A DNA stretch of 64,000 nt from an uncultured Nitrososphaeraceae archaeon (GCA_963779615.1 CAVZZA010000001.1:480001-544000); one strand, 5' to 3'. Counted from the first letter of the stretch, positions 31,934 through 41,398 are shown. Made by a program: numbers and translations. The notes: generated by a model not told the origin, from the letters alone.

Positions 31934-32687
31934 ATAATGTTAATTGATTATTCGCTGCCTTAATTTCAATACTCTGTTTAACTGGAAATCCATCCCATAT
32001 TTTCCCATCTAATAATCTTCCTTTTGATTTGGAAGTAAGTCCACCCCATTGCTTGAAAAAGAAAGGTGTATTAGTTGAAATGCATTGATTTCGTATTTCC
32101 CTAACCCATTCAGTCTCGCAAGGCCTATGATTGGATCCTGATTCGCCTCCGGCAATAACCCATTCTATATCATCAAGATTTAACAGTCCCATTGGACCGA
32201 TTAAAGGCTCTAAACTTAAAAAATGGACTTTGGCATCAATTGTTGTTAAATCGGAAATTCTGTTTTTAAAATATTGATTTTCTACGGATACTCCAATCCA
32301 AATATTGTCTGGAAATTTTCCATAAACCTTTCCGAATTCTTTAAGCCTTGTGCTTCTTTTAGTTAAAATTTGAAATTTATGCCATGTTGCCTTTTTGATG
32401 ACATCAAAAACCATTCTGATAAATCCAAAGGGTACATCTTGATGAAATAGATCAGACATGCTATTTACAAAAATCATTCTAGGTTCTTTTATTTTTAAAG
32501 GAAAATCAATCACATCTTCGTGTATTGTGAGATTAAATCCATTTGAATATTTTTTTGTTCCCATTTTTTGTAATCTGAGTGCAAATCGTTCGGCATAACA
32601 ATTTCTGCAACCTGGGGATACCTTATCACAACCTGTAATTACATTCCAAGTTGTATTTGTCCACTCAATTGCAGACTTATCCGCCAT
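31926..32687 (-). CDS. DUF5131 / phage Gp37-Gp68 family radical-SAM-like protein
   Basis: IEWT..TWN..TGCDKVSPGCRNCYAE (Cx6Cx2C), FVNSMSDLFH, QILTKR, EWVIAGGESG, FFFKQWGG. Confidence 0.93.
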   Translation of the reverse strand: MADKSAIEWTNTTWNVITGCDKVSPGCRNCYAERFALRLQKMGTKKYSNGFNLTIHEDVIDFPLKIKEPRMIFVNSMSDLFHQDVPFGFIRMVFDVIKKATWHKFQILTKRSTRLKEFGKVYGKFPDNIWIGVSVENQYFKNRISDLTTIDAKVHFLSLEPLIGPMGLLNLDDIEWVIAGGESGSNHRPCETEWVREIRNQCISTNTPFFFKQWGGLTSKSKGRLLDGKIWDGFPVKQSIEIKAANNQLTLFG

Positions 32688-32845
32688 GTTATTATAAATG
32701 GTAGGAACATAATAAAATTATAATGTTGTTTGTTGTCACACATTACATTTTAGATTCTTACTTCATAAAAATAACAGAAGTATGGTTGTTGAAATAATTA
32801 AATAATCTTAATTATGAAAAATAATATAAAAGATAAAACTTAACA

Positions 32846-34741
32846 TTATTTTCTCTTATTCATTTTGCAGATATGCTCTAACATATGCCATTTGTCTCCT
32901 GTTCCGTTACAATTAAGACAGGCCCATGTGTCTGAACCGGGCCATTTTCTGTAGAGTTGCTTTTCCTTGATTTTGGCTTCCACTTCATTTTCACGCTCTA
33001 ACACTTCTAACACTTCTAACGCTTTGGTAGGTCTTGCATCTTCACTCTCTGTAATATCCATCAATGAAATGTTATTGTTTTCGTCTATAACTTTACTATT
33101 TCCTTCATATTTTATAGTTTTTTGTTCTGAATTAGTTAGCCTACCGCTTTTTAAACCATTGTCATGAAAGCCATTTCCCTCAACACTCTTCCAAAAAGTG
33201 TTAAAAGTGTTAGAAGTGTTAGTTAATTTACCGGTATCCAATATTTCTATTCCCTTTACTGAGGAATAGTTGCCTTTGAGCTTTTGTAATGTGGTCCAAT
33301 TGAAGACAAGGGACCTTTTCTCTCCATTATGCATCTTACGAGCTCCAAACTTGTCCTCGCATATTCTGGTCACCAGTGTTTTTGATATAGTTCCGAATTC
33401 ATCCGTGTGAAAACATTGAGGTTTATAGGAGTCGGCATGTCCAGGAAGTAAACATATTATTTTCCACAAATCTTCATTTGGAACTACTATGTTTTCATCC
33501 TTTACCAGTTCTAATAGAACTGAGAAAAGGTACGAATCCAAAGAGTTTAATTTTTTGTTGTTCTTCTCGACAAGAAATTTGGATAAGGCCTTGACAATTT
33601 CATCCACAGTTTTTGTGTTTTTGAATAGCCTTAGAATGGGCTTGCAAAGCTGCTTGTCCCTGTTTCTGATTGAAAGGCGAATGTCGGATACTTGGTCATC
33701 GTAATGGATTATCCTATATACAAGCAAAAGCTTGCGCAAGTCATCTATTTCCCTGAATAATTTTATGTGTTTTTGGTCCCCTGCGTCATTTATTACTTCA
33801 GAAATGTCATATGAAGGGTTACCGGGAGAACATCTTACAGTAAATATTCTTTCTGCGAATCCCCTACCCTTGTAACCCGGTTGCTTCTCTGAGCTGAACG
33901 CCTTAAAGCAATATGTGTTGTATCTTTGTTGTCTTTTGCTTTTTGCCCCATTTGGAGTGTCATAAATTCTGGTGACCTTGGCTCCAGCAACATATCCTGC
34001 CTTGTATATCCTCATTTTATCTTCCTGTTCCTCAATGCTGTCTATTTCATCCTCAAGTATTATTCCCTGACCTTCTTCAAACTGCCCAAGGAAGTTGTAG
34101 ATGTTGGCAGGAGTAATGCTGGTATCAAATAAGGGTCTGTATCCCAATTGATGGAAAATTCTCAGAGCATTGCTTTTTCCTGTGTTGTTGTCTCCCACAA
34201 ACAAAAGGTAATGGGTCATGCCCATCTTGTCTTGAAAATATGTGAAAATGGTGTCTGCAGAGCAAAGAGTTAAAGACTCATCGTCATTGTCAAAACATTT
34301 TTCCCAAACGTTTTTTACTTTTGCAAACAGCCCATCCATTGTTTCTTTTTGGGCTCTTGTTACATACTTTTTGATCTCATCAGCGGATGAAAAGCTGTAC
34401 TCTTTGCTTAAATACAAGGACTTGCCTGGCGGAACTATAGTCAGGTTTTCCAACCTTATTATTTCAGACAGGATTGGCTCGCCATTTCTTATCTGCAGAT
34501 ACATTGGGAGGTCATTTACCAAAATGGATTCTGCAAGTGGCATGCCCTTGCTGTATTTGTAAAATGAATATTCTCTAGTATCTTTGTTTTCCTCTCTGTC
34601 TTCCTTTGTCGATTTCTTTGTTTTGGTATTTTTAGTAATGTTGTTGTTACCTCCTTTACTGCCGACCTGGATATTGTTTTCAGAATAACGGGAAGAGATA
34701 GGGGCATATCCTATCAAATCATCACTTATAGGTTCATCCAT
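32846..34741 (-). CDS. Putative replication protein (P-loop NTPase/helicase-like) with C-terminal Zn-binding motif
   Basis: Walker A GDNNTGKS, Walker B ILEDE, ERIF Arg-finger-like motif, C-terminal CLNC..GDKWHMLEHIC; sits in the integrase-RHH backbone. Confidence 0.7.
   Translation of the reverse strand: MDEPISDDLIGYAPISSRYSENNIQVGSKGGNNNITKNTKTKKSTKEDREENKDTREYSFYKYSKGMPLAESILVNDLPMYLQIRNGEPILSEIIRLENLTIVPPGKSLYLSKEYSFSSADEIKKYVTRAQKETMDGLFAKVKNVWEKCFDNDDESLTLCSADTIFTYFQDKMGMTHYLLFVGDNNTGKSNALRIFHQLGYRPLFDTSITPANIYNFLGQFEEGQGIILEDEIDSIEEQEDKMRIYKAGYVAGAKVTRIYDTPNGAKSKRQQRYNTYCFKAFSSEKQPGYKGRGFAERIFTVRCSPGNPSYDISEVINDAGDQKHIKLFREIDDLRKLLLVYRIIHYDDQVSDIRLSIRNRDKQLCKPILRLFKNTKTVDEIVKALSKFLVEKNNKKLNSLDSYLFSVLLELVKDENIVVPNEDLWKIICLLPGHADSYKPQCFHTDEFGTISKTLVTRICEDKFGARKMHNGEKRSLVFNWTTLQKLKGNYSSVKGIEILDTGKLTNTSNTFNTFWKSVEGNGFHDNGLKSGRLTNSEQKTIKYEGNSKVIDENNNISLMDITESEDARPTKALEVLEVLERENEVEAKIKEKQLYRKWPGSDTWACLNCNGTGDKWHMLEHICKMNKRK
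32998..33222. repeat. Two inverted arrays of 3 x 9-bp repeats inside the Rep-like gene (candidate origin)
   Basis: CTAACACTTCTAACACTTCTAACGCTTTGG at 32998-33027 versus CCAAAAAGTGTTAAAAGTGTTAGAAGTGTTAG at 33191-33222. Confidence 0.75.
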
Positions 34742-34750
34742 AACTATCCA

Positions 34751-35191
34751 CTATTCTATAAACCGCCACTTGTGGGAAACAAGCTCCCTTATTTCACTAA
34801 GCCGTGCTTTAAGCAGCACTTTGTCTTCATTTGCATAAAGGGATAAAATACGGGATTCAGCTTCTTTTGCTATTCGCGCAATAACGTCCACAATTACCCA
34901 ATTGAGTCTTTGATGTTTCTCTTCCGTGGACTTGCAGCATTTGGTGTAATTCCGGATGTGATCTATTGTTTTGACATCAAGATCTTTATAACTAATTTCA
35001 TAGAGAGTAATGGGCGATTTAATCCTAAAGTACCTGAATTTGTCTGCTAGTTGAAGGATATATTCATTGGATTTTGTATTTTTGTCATATCCGTTTTCCA
35101 TCAGATTGACAAATATATTGTCCACCAAATATCCAGGGGTCCAAATTTCATCAGCAGTGGATATATTATCAACAGAACCTATGGAGTTCAT
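34751..35191 (-). CDS. Hypothetical element backbone protein
   Basis: 146-aa ATG ORF ending 9 bp before the Rep-like start. Confidence 0.65.
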   Translation of the reverse strand: MNSIGSVDNISTADEIWTPGYLVDNIFVNLMENGYDKNTKSNEYILQLADKFRYFRIKSPITLYEISYKDLDVKTIDHIRNYTKCCKSTEEKHQRLNWVIVDVIARIAKEAESRILSLYANEDKVLLKARLSEIRELVSHKWRFIE

Positions 35192-35294
35192 AGCCCCTTC
35201 CCTATTGCAATGGTTTTGATATGGTGAAAAAGAGAATTAAGGACCAAGGTTTGATGCAGCTTAAGATAAGAAATATCGACGGACTTTTTAGTAA

Positions 35295-35543
35295 TCATAT
35301 AAAGTCAGCACCACCATTTGCTATTCGCGGAGATTTTCTATGACCAGCATTTTTCATTTCTTCATCGCATCTATTGAATTTCTTTAAGCACACAGAACAA
35401 AGATTTAGGGAAATTGTTCCATATTCTCCTGCACTTGCATCAATCTTCTTTAAAGCTGTGTTTGAACATTCCAATCCGTCGCAAATGCCTTTATAGGACT
35501 TTTCTGTATTTTCATATAGGGGTTTGATATCTGATACCATCAC
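35295..35543 (-). CDS. Small Cys4 Zn-finger-like protein
   Basis: CDGLEC...LNLCSVC; in an operon after the RHH gene. Confidence 0.65.
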   Translation of the reverse strand: MMVSDIKPLYENTEKSYKGICDGLECSNTALKKIDASAGEYGTISLNLCSVCLKKFNRCDEEMKNAGHRKSPRIANGGADFI

Positions 35544-35548
35544 CTATC

Positions 35549-35743
35549 TCACCTTGTAGGTTCGCTTGATACTAGGCCTTCGAAACCAACATCAAGCGAG
35601 CTTTTTTTTATGTTTCTTTTTCGATGTGACCTTTCGAGTAACCTCAACAAATATCTACTACGCGGTATATCCCTTCTGTCTATGTCTATCTGCTCTATCA
35701 CTTTTTTTGGGAAAGATATTCCCACTGAAATGGTGTTTGCCAT
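35549..35743 (-). CDS. Ribbon-helix-helix (CopG-like) regulator
   Basis: MANTISVGISFPKKVIEQID..R.DIPRSRYLLRLLE; ATG at 35743 preferred over the longer ORF-track start. Confidence 0.7.
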   Translation of the reverse strand: MANTISVGISFPKKVIEQIDIDRRDIPRSRYLLRLLERSHRKRNIKKSSLDVGFEGLVSSEPTR

Positions 35744-35828
35744 TTTAATAATATTGCAGAGTTTACTATAAAATGCATTTTTGTTATATACCCTTTTTAA
35801 ACAAAAGGGTATCATTTCAATCATTGAC

Positions 35829-37016
35829 ATGGGATTATCTGAAACAATGATGGAAATTGAGCAGGAAGAAAGCGCTTGGCTAGAAAACAACAAGAATTTG
35901 AAGGCTTATTTTGAAAGTTTTAAAAATGCAAATGTTGTTGGAATTAATGGACTTACTACTGAGGCGTGTTATACACTAAAGCAGTTCCTTTATGAAGATT
36001 ACTTGTCTGTAAGTCAAATAACCAATATTTTGCAAAATACGGCTCCTCATCATGTGAAAGAAAAGATTGATAAATTCCTTGAACTGGGTTTAATAAAAAA
36101 GACTAATCCTTCTGCCTCTCTTCCAAAATCACGTCACAATAACAAAACAAGCAAATACTATAAGCTGACAAGCATTGGTTTATTTTACCTATTAATCAAA
36201 ATCGACAAAAATGACGTAAGAGTAGATCCAAGCAATGACTGCAGGGTTAAAATATTCAATATTTATGAAAATGATCCCCTTTTTCAAATTTTTATCCATA
36301 GCCTAATAGACAAGGAATTACTTTGTCGTATTACCGAAGATATAATTTTATGGGAAATTATCAATTATATAAAACAAGTATGTCAAGTGATTGACAATGA
36401 ATTAAAAATTTTTAGGGAATTTTACAAAAACGGAAAGATTGAAGAGCGTAGCATAAAATGGAATTATAATTTAAAAGACAATAGGGCAAAATGGGATGAG
36501 TTTTGTCAGGGTTTAGTAGGTAGCGTTATCCTTGTACCTTGTAAACCTGGAAAGTACTCAATTGAATCGATTGTCAATACTTATGTTTCTTCTAATCGCC
36601 TTTCTTTTGAATGTGCTAACACCAAATACTCCATCGAAATGGACGAACAGAATAGTAAAGCTAAATTATTAAGGAATGATAAAGAATATGAGAACATCCC
36701 TGTTAAAAGGGCACGCAATTGCTTTATCCTGTATAGAACAAAATATTGGGATGAACGTGAATTTCTATTATCGATGTTTCCTCGGTTTTGGTACTCTGTT
36801 GATCATTTAAAGTTTCAGTTTGGATTCTCTATTTTGCAATTATTCGATAAACCCGATGGGGAATATTTTTACTTCCTTTCACAATTAGAGTCTGAAAGAA
36901 AATATCATTCTATATTAAAAGAACTAGCAAAGGATGAGAGAATTAGACAACTAATAGGTGATATAAATGATGAATTCAAAGAACATTATGAGGCGTTTAT
37001 AGGATTTAGTAAATAG
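35829..37016 (+). CDS. Winged-helix domain protein (possible element regulator), divergent from the RHH operon
   Basis: LSVSQIT...VKEKIDKFLELGLIKK...KYYKLTSIGLFYLL; start uncertain (35781, 35829 or 35847). Confidence 0.65.
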   Translation: MGLSETMMEIEQEESAWLENNKNLKAYFESFKNANVVGINGLTTEACYTLKQFLYEDYLSVSQITNILQNTAPHHVKEKIDKFLELGLIKKTNPSASLPKSRHNNKTSKYYKLTSIGLFYLLIKIDKNDVRVDPSNDCRVKIFNIYENDPLFQIFIHSLIDKELLCRITEDIILWEIINYIKQVCQVIDNELKIFREFYKNGKIEERSIKWNYNLKDNRAKWDEFCQGLVGSVILVPCKPGKYSIESIVNTYVSSNRLSFECANTKYSIEMDEQNSKAKLLRNDKEYENIPVKRARNCFILYRTKYWDEREFLLSMFPRFWYSVDHLKFQFGFSILQLFDKPDGEYFYFLSQLESERKYHSILKELAKDERIRQLIGDINDEFKEHYEAFIGFSK

Positions 37017-37028
37017 ATTTAATTTTAA

Positions 37029-38564
37029 TTATTTTATCATTTTCTCTAAGACCTCTGGTTTCACGTTAACCAAAGCGGGATTCTGCTGGATAAGTAAGAA
37101 TATCTTGGTCATACCACTCTTTAATGACTCTATATCGCTTTCCAGCCTGTCCATTTTTTGCTTATCTTTATTCCTTACTTCATTATATGAATCATAAGAT
37201 AATATCATTTTACATTTTGGGCAAAACATATTATCCTGTTTATTTGGCTCAAAACAATTTGGACATTGTTTTGATTTGAGAATGTTTTGTGATCCTGTTT
37301 CATTTTCTTTGATTACTCCTCTTACCTTGAGTATGGATCTTGATGATTCAGAACCAAAATAATGAATATATCTTTGGGGCATTTTGCTGGTTATAGACCA
37401 TCCTGCATGATTCCTAAGAATGTGTTCTTTGATGATTTTTGATTTTTCTGTCAAAGCCGAGTGGCGTATGATATACAAGTTCCATGGTTTAGTAATGAAA
37501 TTTTTTATATATGCTTTATCAACTTCAGGGACCTTTTTATCATCTGAAAGTTTACGAAAAAGGTTAAAATACTGATTCTTATACCTTTTTAATAATCCAT
37601 TAACTGATAGTTGATTTGATAATGTAAAATTATCGTTATTGTTACTGCCATAGTTTTTATCACTTAGAGAAACAAAAAGCCATGAATCGGGATTATTTCC
37701 ATTTGGATGATTTAATATCCATTCTTTAAGATAAGGAATGCTGTCTATTAGTGGAAGAGTCCTAGGTCCAGTTTTTCCATCTACTGTAACTTCTGCATAT
37801 TGTATTGAGTCAGAAGATACCTTAAATTTGATGTCCTTGATTTTTAGGCTTAAAAGTTCATGTGGCCTTGCTGATGTGTCACAGGCCATAGCATGGTAGC
37901 ATCTGTCTCTTGGATAAGGACAATATTTCAAGAATAAAGAATGTTCTTCCATGGTCCACATATCATCTGGTTTATATGGTGATTTTTCCTTTCTTGGGAG
38001 TTGTCTTATGCTTTTCATACAACCCGGAGTTTCTCTTTTTCTAATGTCTGGCTCATTACGATTGTATAACCATCTAAAGAATTTTAAAAATAACATCTGT
38101 CTTGAATTCCATGTTCCTATGCTCTTGTGAGTTGGATCTGCTATGGAGGATTCCCTGAGATTGTTGAGATAGTCCAGTATGTCCTCCTTTGTCATTTCAT
38201 AAAATGTTTTTTTGTGATGAAAATATCTGGATAGATGAACAAGTTTTTTTATTTTTGTTTCCTTAGTAGATTCCTTTATATTCAATTCATTTTGTTCTGC
38301 AACAATATAATCACATATATCTTTTAGATTGTTGGAATTAATTTGTAAAACTTCATATAATATTTTTGAAATATATGGTTTAAGATACTGTGTAATATGT
38401 TCAATTTTTCTTTTTAAATTTGCAACATCTTCTAAATTATTGGATGAGGATTTTTCAGTTGTTATGATGAAGATATCGGCATTTTCATTGAAGTCTTTTA
38501 CTTTGTTAGTTTTATTGTTATTGTTCAGAACTTCATTAATTGTAGCTGCATTTTCCTCTGTCAT
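37029..38564 (-). CDS. int: Tyrosine recombinase/integrase with C-terminal Zn ribbon
   Basis: DTSARPHELLSLKI (R), GKTG (K), YIIRHS, HAGW, MPQRY (Y); CPNC...CPKC; starts 67 bp past the tRNA 3' end. Confidence 0.93.
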   Translation of the reverse strand: MTEENAATINEVLNNNNKTNKVKDFNENADIFIITTEKSSSNNLEDVANLKRKIEHITQYLKPYISKILYEVLQINSNNLKDICDYIVAEQNELNIKESTKETKIKKLVHLSRYFHHKKTFYEMTKEDILDYLNNLRESSIADPTHKSIGTWNSRQMLFLKFFRWLYNRNEPDIRKRETPGCMKSIRQLPRKEKSPYKPDDMWTMEEHSLFLKYCPYPRDRCYHAMACDTSARPHELLSLKIKDIKFKVSSDSIQYAEVTVDGKTGPRTLPLIDSIPYLKEWILNHPNGNNPDSWLFVSLSDKNYGSNNNDNFTLSNQLSVNGLLKRYKNQYFNLFRKLSDDKKVPEVDKAYIKNFITKPWNLYIIRHSALTEKSKIIKEHILRNHAGWSITSKMPQRYIHYFGSESSRSILKVRGVIKENETGSQNILKSKQCPNCFEPNKQDNMFCPKCKMILSYDSYNEVRNKDKQKMDRLESDIESLKSGMTKIFLLIQQNPALVNVKPEVLEKMIK

Positions 38565-38631
38565 ATGTTTATTGTATTAAAAATCTTGTTTTTTTAAGAT
38601 AAAAGCATTCTGTATAAACCCATGAATGGAG

Positions 38632-38706
38632 TGGAGGGAATGGGATTTGAACCCATGACCACCTGCGTGTAAGGCAGGTATCCTAACCAGTCTAGACAAC
38701 CCCTCC
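38632..38706 (-). tRNA. tRNA-Val(TAC)
   Basis: GGAGGGG...CCTGC-CT-TAC-AC-GCAGG...GGTTCAAATCC...TCCCTCCA cloverleaf. Confidence 0.97.
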
Positions 38707-38811
38707 AAAAAATATTTAAAATTGTAATGGTATAATGTTATTAAACGTTTGTTTTAATTCAGAAGAAATGGGTTCTTAACAATAGATCATATCTTTATGC
38801 TGTATGTGTGC

Positions 38812-40278
38812 TTAAACGTCTGCATATAGTGAAAACTCGTGCGGATGGGGTCTAATGGTCACATCTTCATGATCCTTTACTTCTTGCAAAATTATTGAAT
38901 CAATAATTTCATTATCAAAAATTGGTTTTAGAAATTCTCTGTCATTACTTAACTCTTCATAGGCCTCACGGAGAGTTGCCGGTAGCTGTCTAATTCCTAA
39001 ATCATGCCTGCGTTGGGGTGTCATTTTAAAAATATCTTCATCTATTGGATCTGGTATTGATGTCTTTTTCTTTATTCCTTCCAAACCTGCAGAAATTATT
39101 GCAGAAAAAGCTAAATAAGGATTGCAGGAAGGGTCCGGGGCTCTGAATTCTATTCTCTTCATATGCGCAAATCTTTCTCCTCTATAATGGGCTGCATTTC
39201 TAATAATTGCTGATCTGTTTCCAGTACTCCATGCAATGTATACCGGGGCTTCATACCCTGGAACTAACCTTCGGTATGAGTTTGTAGTAGGGGCAACTAT
39301 TGCTGCAAGTGCAGGTGCATGACTTAAAACTCCCGCAGCAAAATATCTGGCTGTCTGAGACATTTCCGCGTAGGCATCATTAACATCAAAAAAAAGGTTT
39401 TTTTCTATATCCCATAAGCTAACATTAACATGCATGCCAGAACCGTTATCTAATGCTATGGGTTTTGGCATCATAGTTGCAATCATACCATGTTTTTTTG
39501 CTATATTTTTTACAATATATTTATAGCTTTGAACGGAATCTGCAGCATTTACTAATGTATCAAATCTAATATCAATTTCGCATTGCCCTGCAGTTGCAAC
39601 TTCGTGATGGTGTGCATCACAAATGATTCCAAAATCATTACTTAATACATCTACACACTCATTCCGGTATTCCATTAAAGTGTCACCGGGAGCACTGGGA
39701 AGGTATCCTTCTTTTAGTCTGAGGACATATCCCACTCCCTCAGTGGACCATGGCGCTTCTCTAGATATTATATTATAGCTTTGAGATCTATATGGTGTCA
39801 TTGTGTTAACTTCTAATTTATCAAATACAAAAAATTCTACCTCTGGACCCCAATACGATTGGTGATATCCCTGCTGCCTTACGTATTCTTGAGCTCTTTT
39901 GGCAATTCCTCTTGGGTCCTTTTTAAACTGTTCTCTTAATTTTCCACCAGCTAGTATATCGCATATAAGCCGAGCGGTTTTATCTTTTATTATCCATGGA
40001 ATGATAGCATAAGTCGATGGATCAGGTCTAATTATAAGATCAGATTCATGAATTTTTGTAAAACCCCTTATGGAAGAGCCATCTAATTTTGGCAGTCCAT
40101 CCTCAAAATCTTCTAGTTTAAACATGTTTGCCGCCATTGTTGTATGGTGGAATCTACCGGTTAATCCGGTAAACTGCAGATCCAGAAATTTAATTTCTTC
40201 GTCTTTTAACTTCTTTATTGCTTGTTCTGCGGTGAAATTTAAAGATTCAATCTTCCCACCTACAACTTTATATGGCAA
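38812..40278 (-). CDS. glnA: Glutamine synthetase type I
   Basis: DGSSIRGF, GPEVEFF, HHHEVATAGQCE, MPKP...NGSGMH, NSYRRLVPGYEAP, RIEFRAPD. Confidence 0.97.
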   Translation of the reverse strand: MPYKVVGGKIESLNFTAEQAIKKLKDEEIKFLDLQFTGLTGRFHHTTMAANMFKLEDFEDGLPKLDGSSIRGFTKIHESDLIIRPDPSTYAIIPWIIKDKTARLICDILAGGKLREQFKKDPRGIAKRAQEYVRQQGYHQSYWGPEVEFFVFDKLEVNTMTPYRSQSYNIISREAPWSTEGVGYVLRLKEGYLPSAPGDTLMEYRNECVDVLSNDFGIICDAHHHEVATAGQCEIDIRFDTLVNAADSVQSYKYIVKNIAKKHGMIATMMPKPIALDNGSGMHVNVSLWDIEKNLFFDVNDAYAEMSQTARYFAAGVLSHAPALAAIVAPTTNSYRRLVPGYEAPVYIAWSTGNRSAIIRNAAHYRGERFAHMKRIEFRAPDPSCNPYLAFSAIISAGLEGIKKKTSIPDPIDEDIFKMTPQRRHDLGIRQLPATLREAYEELSNDREFLKPIFDNEIIDSIILQEVKDHEDVTIRPHPHEFSLYADV

Positions 40279-40337
40279 TTAAAATATTCGTTATTATAAA
40301 ATAAAAACTTCTAATTAAGCTTATCACACTACGTTAT

Positions 40338-40979
40338 TTGGTAAAAATGGATTTGGATAATCAAACTGATTATGTAAGCATTGAGGAGATTTTTAATACC
40401 TTAAAGAGGGAAATACAACTTACTTCCGGTCCCCAGCCTATCCGACCTAGTTTTTATCAAAATGTAGCCACTTTGATTTACAAGTTGAAAAATAATCCAA
40501 TAGAAAAAAAAGAAGAAGGTGAAGAAAACATAAAATTGGAAAACGAAAAAATAGATAAAATATCTTATCAAATTAAGAATAATCTATTGGATTTATTTAC
40601 TAAATCAGTTACGTTGCTGTTTATTTATAGGTGTAAGAAAACTTTCAATATTAATAAAATTAAGGAAACTTTCGATTATTCTAATTTAACAGACGAGGAA
40701 AAATATGTATTTTATGGCAATAGGGAAAGAGAACACAGAATTAATATTGTTTTAAATATGTTGTTTGAAGGAAAACCTAAAACGTTAGAAAAAATAGTTT
40801 CTTCTATCAATCAAAATTATGTTATTTTAAGATTCTTGGGTTCTCTGGAGCAGTTTGTTGGTATTAATATGAATAAATATGGACCATTTAAAAAAGATGA
40901 TGTTGCAATTTTACCCTTCGAAAACGCAAGATCAATTATTGAAAATAATAAAGCTATTGAAATTAACATGATCAACTAA
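40338..40979 (+). CDS. GINS complex subunit (Gins51/Gins15 type)
   Basis: Helical A-domain (NLTDEEK) plus C-terminal B-domain LRFL...FVG...YGPFKKDDVAILPFENA. Confidence 0.75.
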   Translation: MVKMDLDNQTDYVSIEEIFNTLKREIQLTSGPQPIRPSFYQNVATLIYKLKNNPIEKKEEGEENIKLENEKIDKISYQIKNNLLDLFTKSVTLLFIYRCKKTFNINKIKETFDYSNLTDEEKYVFYGNREREHRINIVLNMLFEGKPKTLEKIVSSINQNYVILRFLGSLEQFVGINMNKYGPFKKDDVAILPFENARSIIENNKAIEINMIN

Positions 40980-41040
40980 CTCCTTAGTGTTGAAGATCCT
41001 TTTTTTATTTTCATTTTTTAGAATATGTTGCAATAAATTT

Positions 41041-41202
41041 TTACTTTTTTTCATGATTCATATAGTGCTCTGACAATTTTTGTGAATAACAAATACCGCA
41101 TAGATGTCCTGAAATGCTCCATTGTGGCATAGCAATATACTTGAAATCTTTGATTTCTTTATCGCAAATTTTACACATAATTTGGTCCCGCCCTATTCCC
41201 AT
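41041..41202 (-). CDS. 53-aa Cys4 zinc-finger microprotein (below the ORF-track cutoff)
   Basis: MGIGRDQIMCKICDKEIKDFKYIAMPQWSISGHLCGICYSQKLSEHYMNHEKK, with two CxxC motifs. Confidence 0.75.
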   Translation of the reverse strand: MGIGRDQIMCKICDKEIKDFKYIAMPQWSISGHLCGICYSQKLSEHYMNHEKK

Positions 41203-41398
41203 TCTCTCGTAGCAATAAAATTAACGGAAATAAAAATTATGGTATTACTGCTTACTTTTGATTCAAATTTTATTTGTTTTTTTTTCAGATATTGAAAAAA
41301 TATCTAAAAAAATATCTGAAAAAAGATGCATTTTTGTGGTCTCTTTTTATCTTCGTAAAAGAAATTAATAGGGGATTTTTTATAGAAATGATGTCAAT

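Larger units (their letters stand above)
9814..38654. mobile_element. About 28.8-kb integrative element/genomic island in tRNA-Val(TAC); accessory DNA continues left to about 5.7 kb
   Basis: 23-bp direct repeat of the tRNA 3' end, adjacent tyrosine integrase, Rep-like/RHH backbone, IS scars, cargo with visibly different base composition. Confidence 0.85.

Noticed and set aside
35549-35893. 114-aa version of the RHH ORF
   Set aside because: The extension overlaps the divergent wHTH gene; the RHH pattern starts at the ATG at 35743
29000-38654. Complete provirus or conjugative element
   Set aside because: No recognisable capsid, portal, terminase, VirB4/VirD4 or relaxase genes
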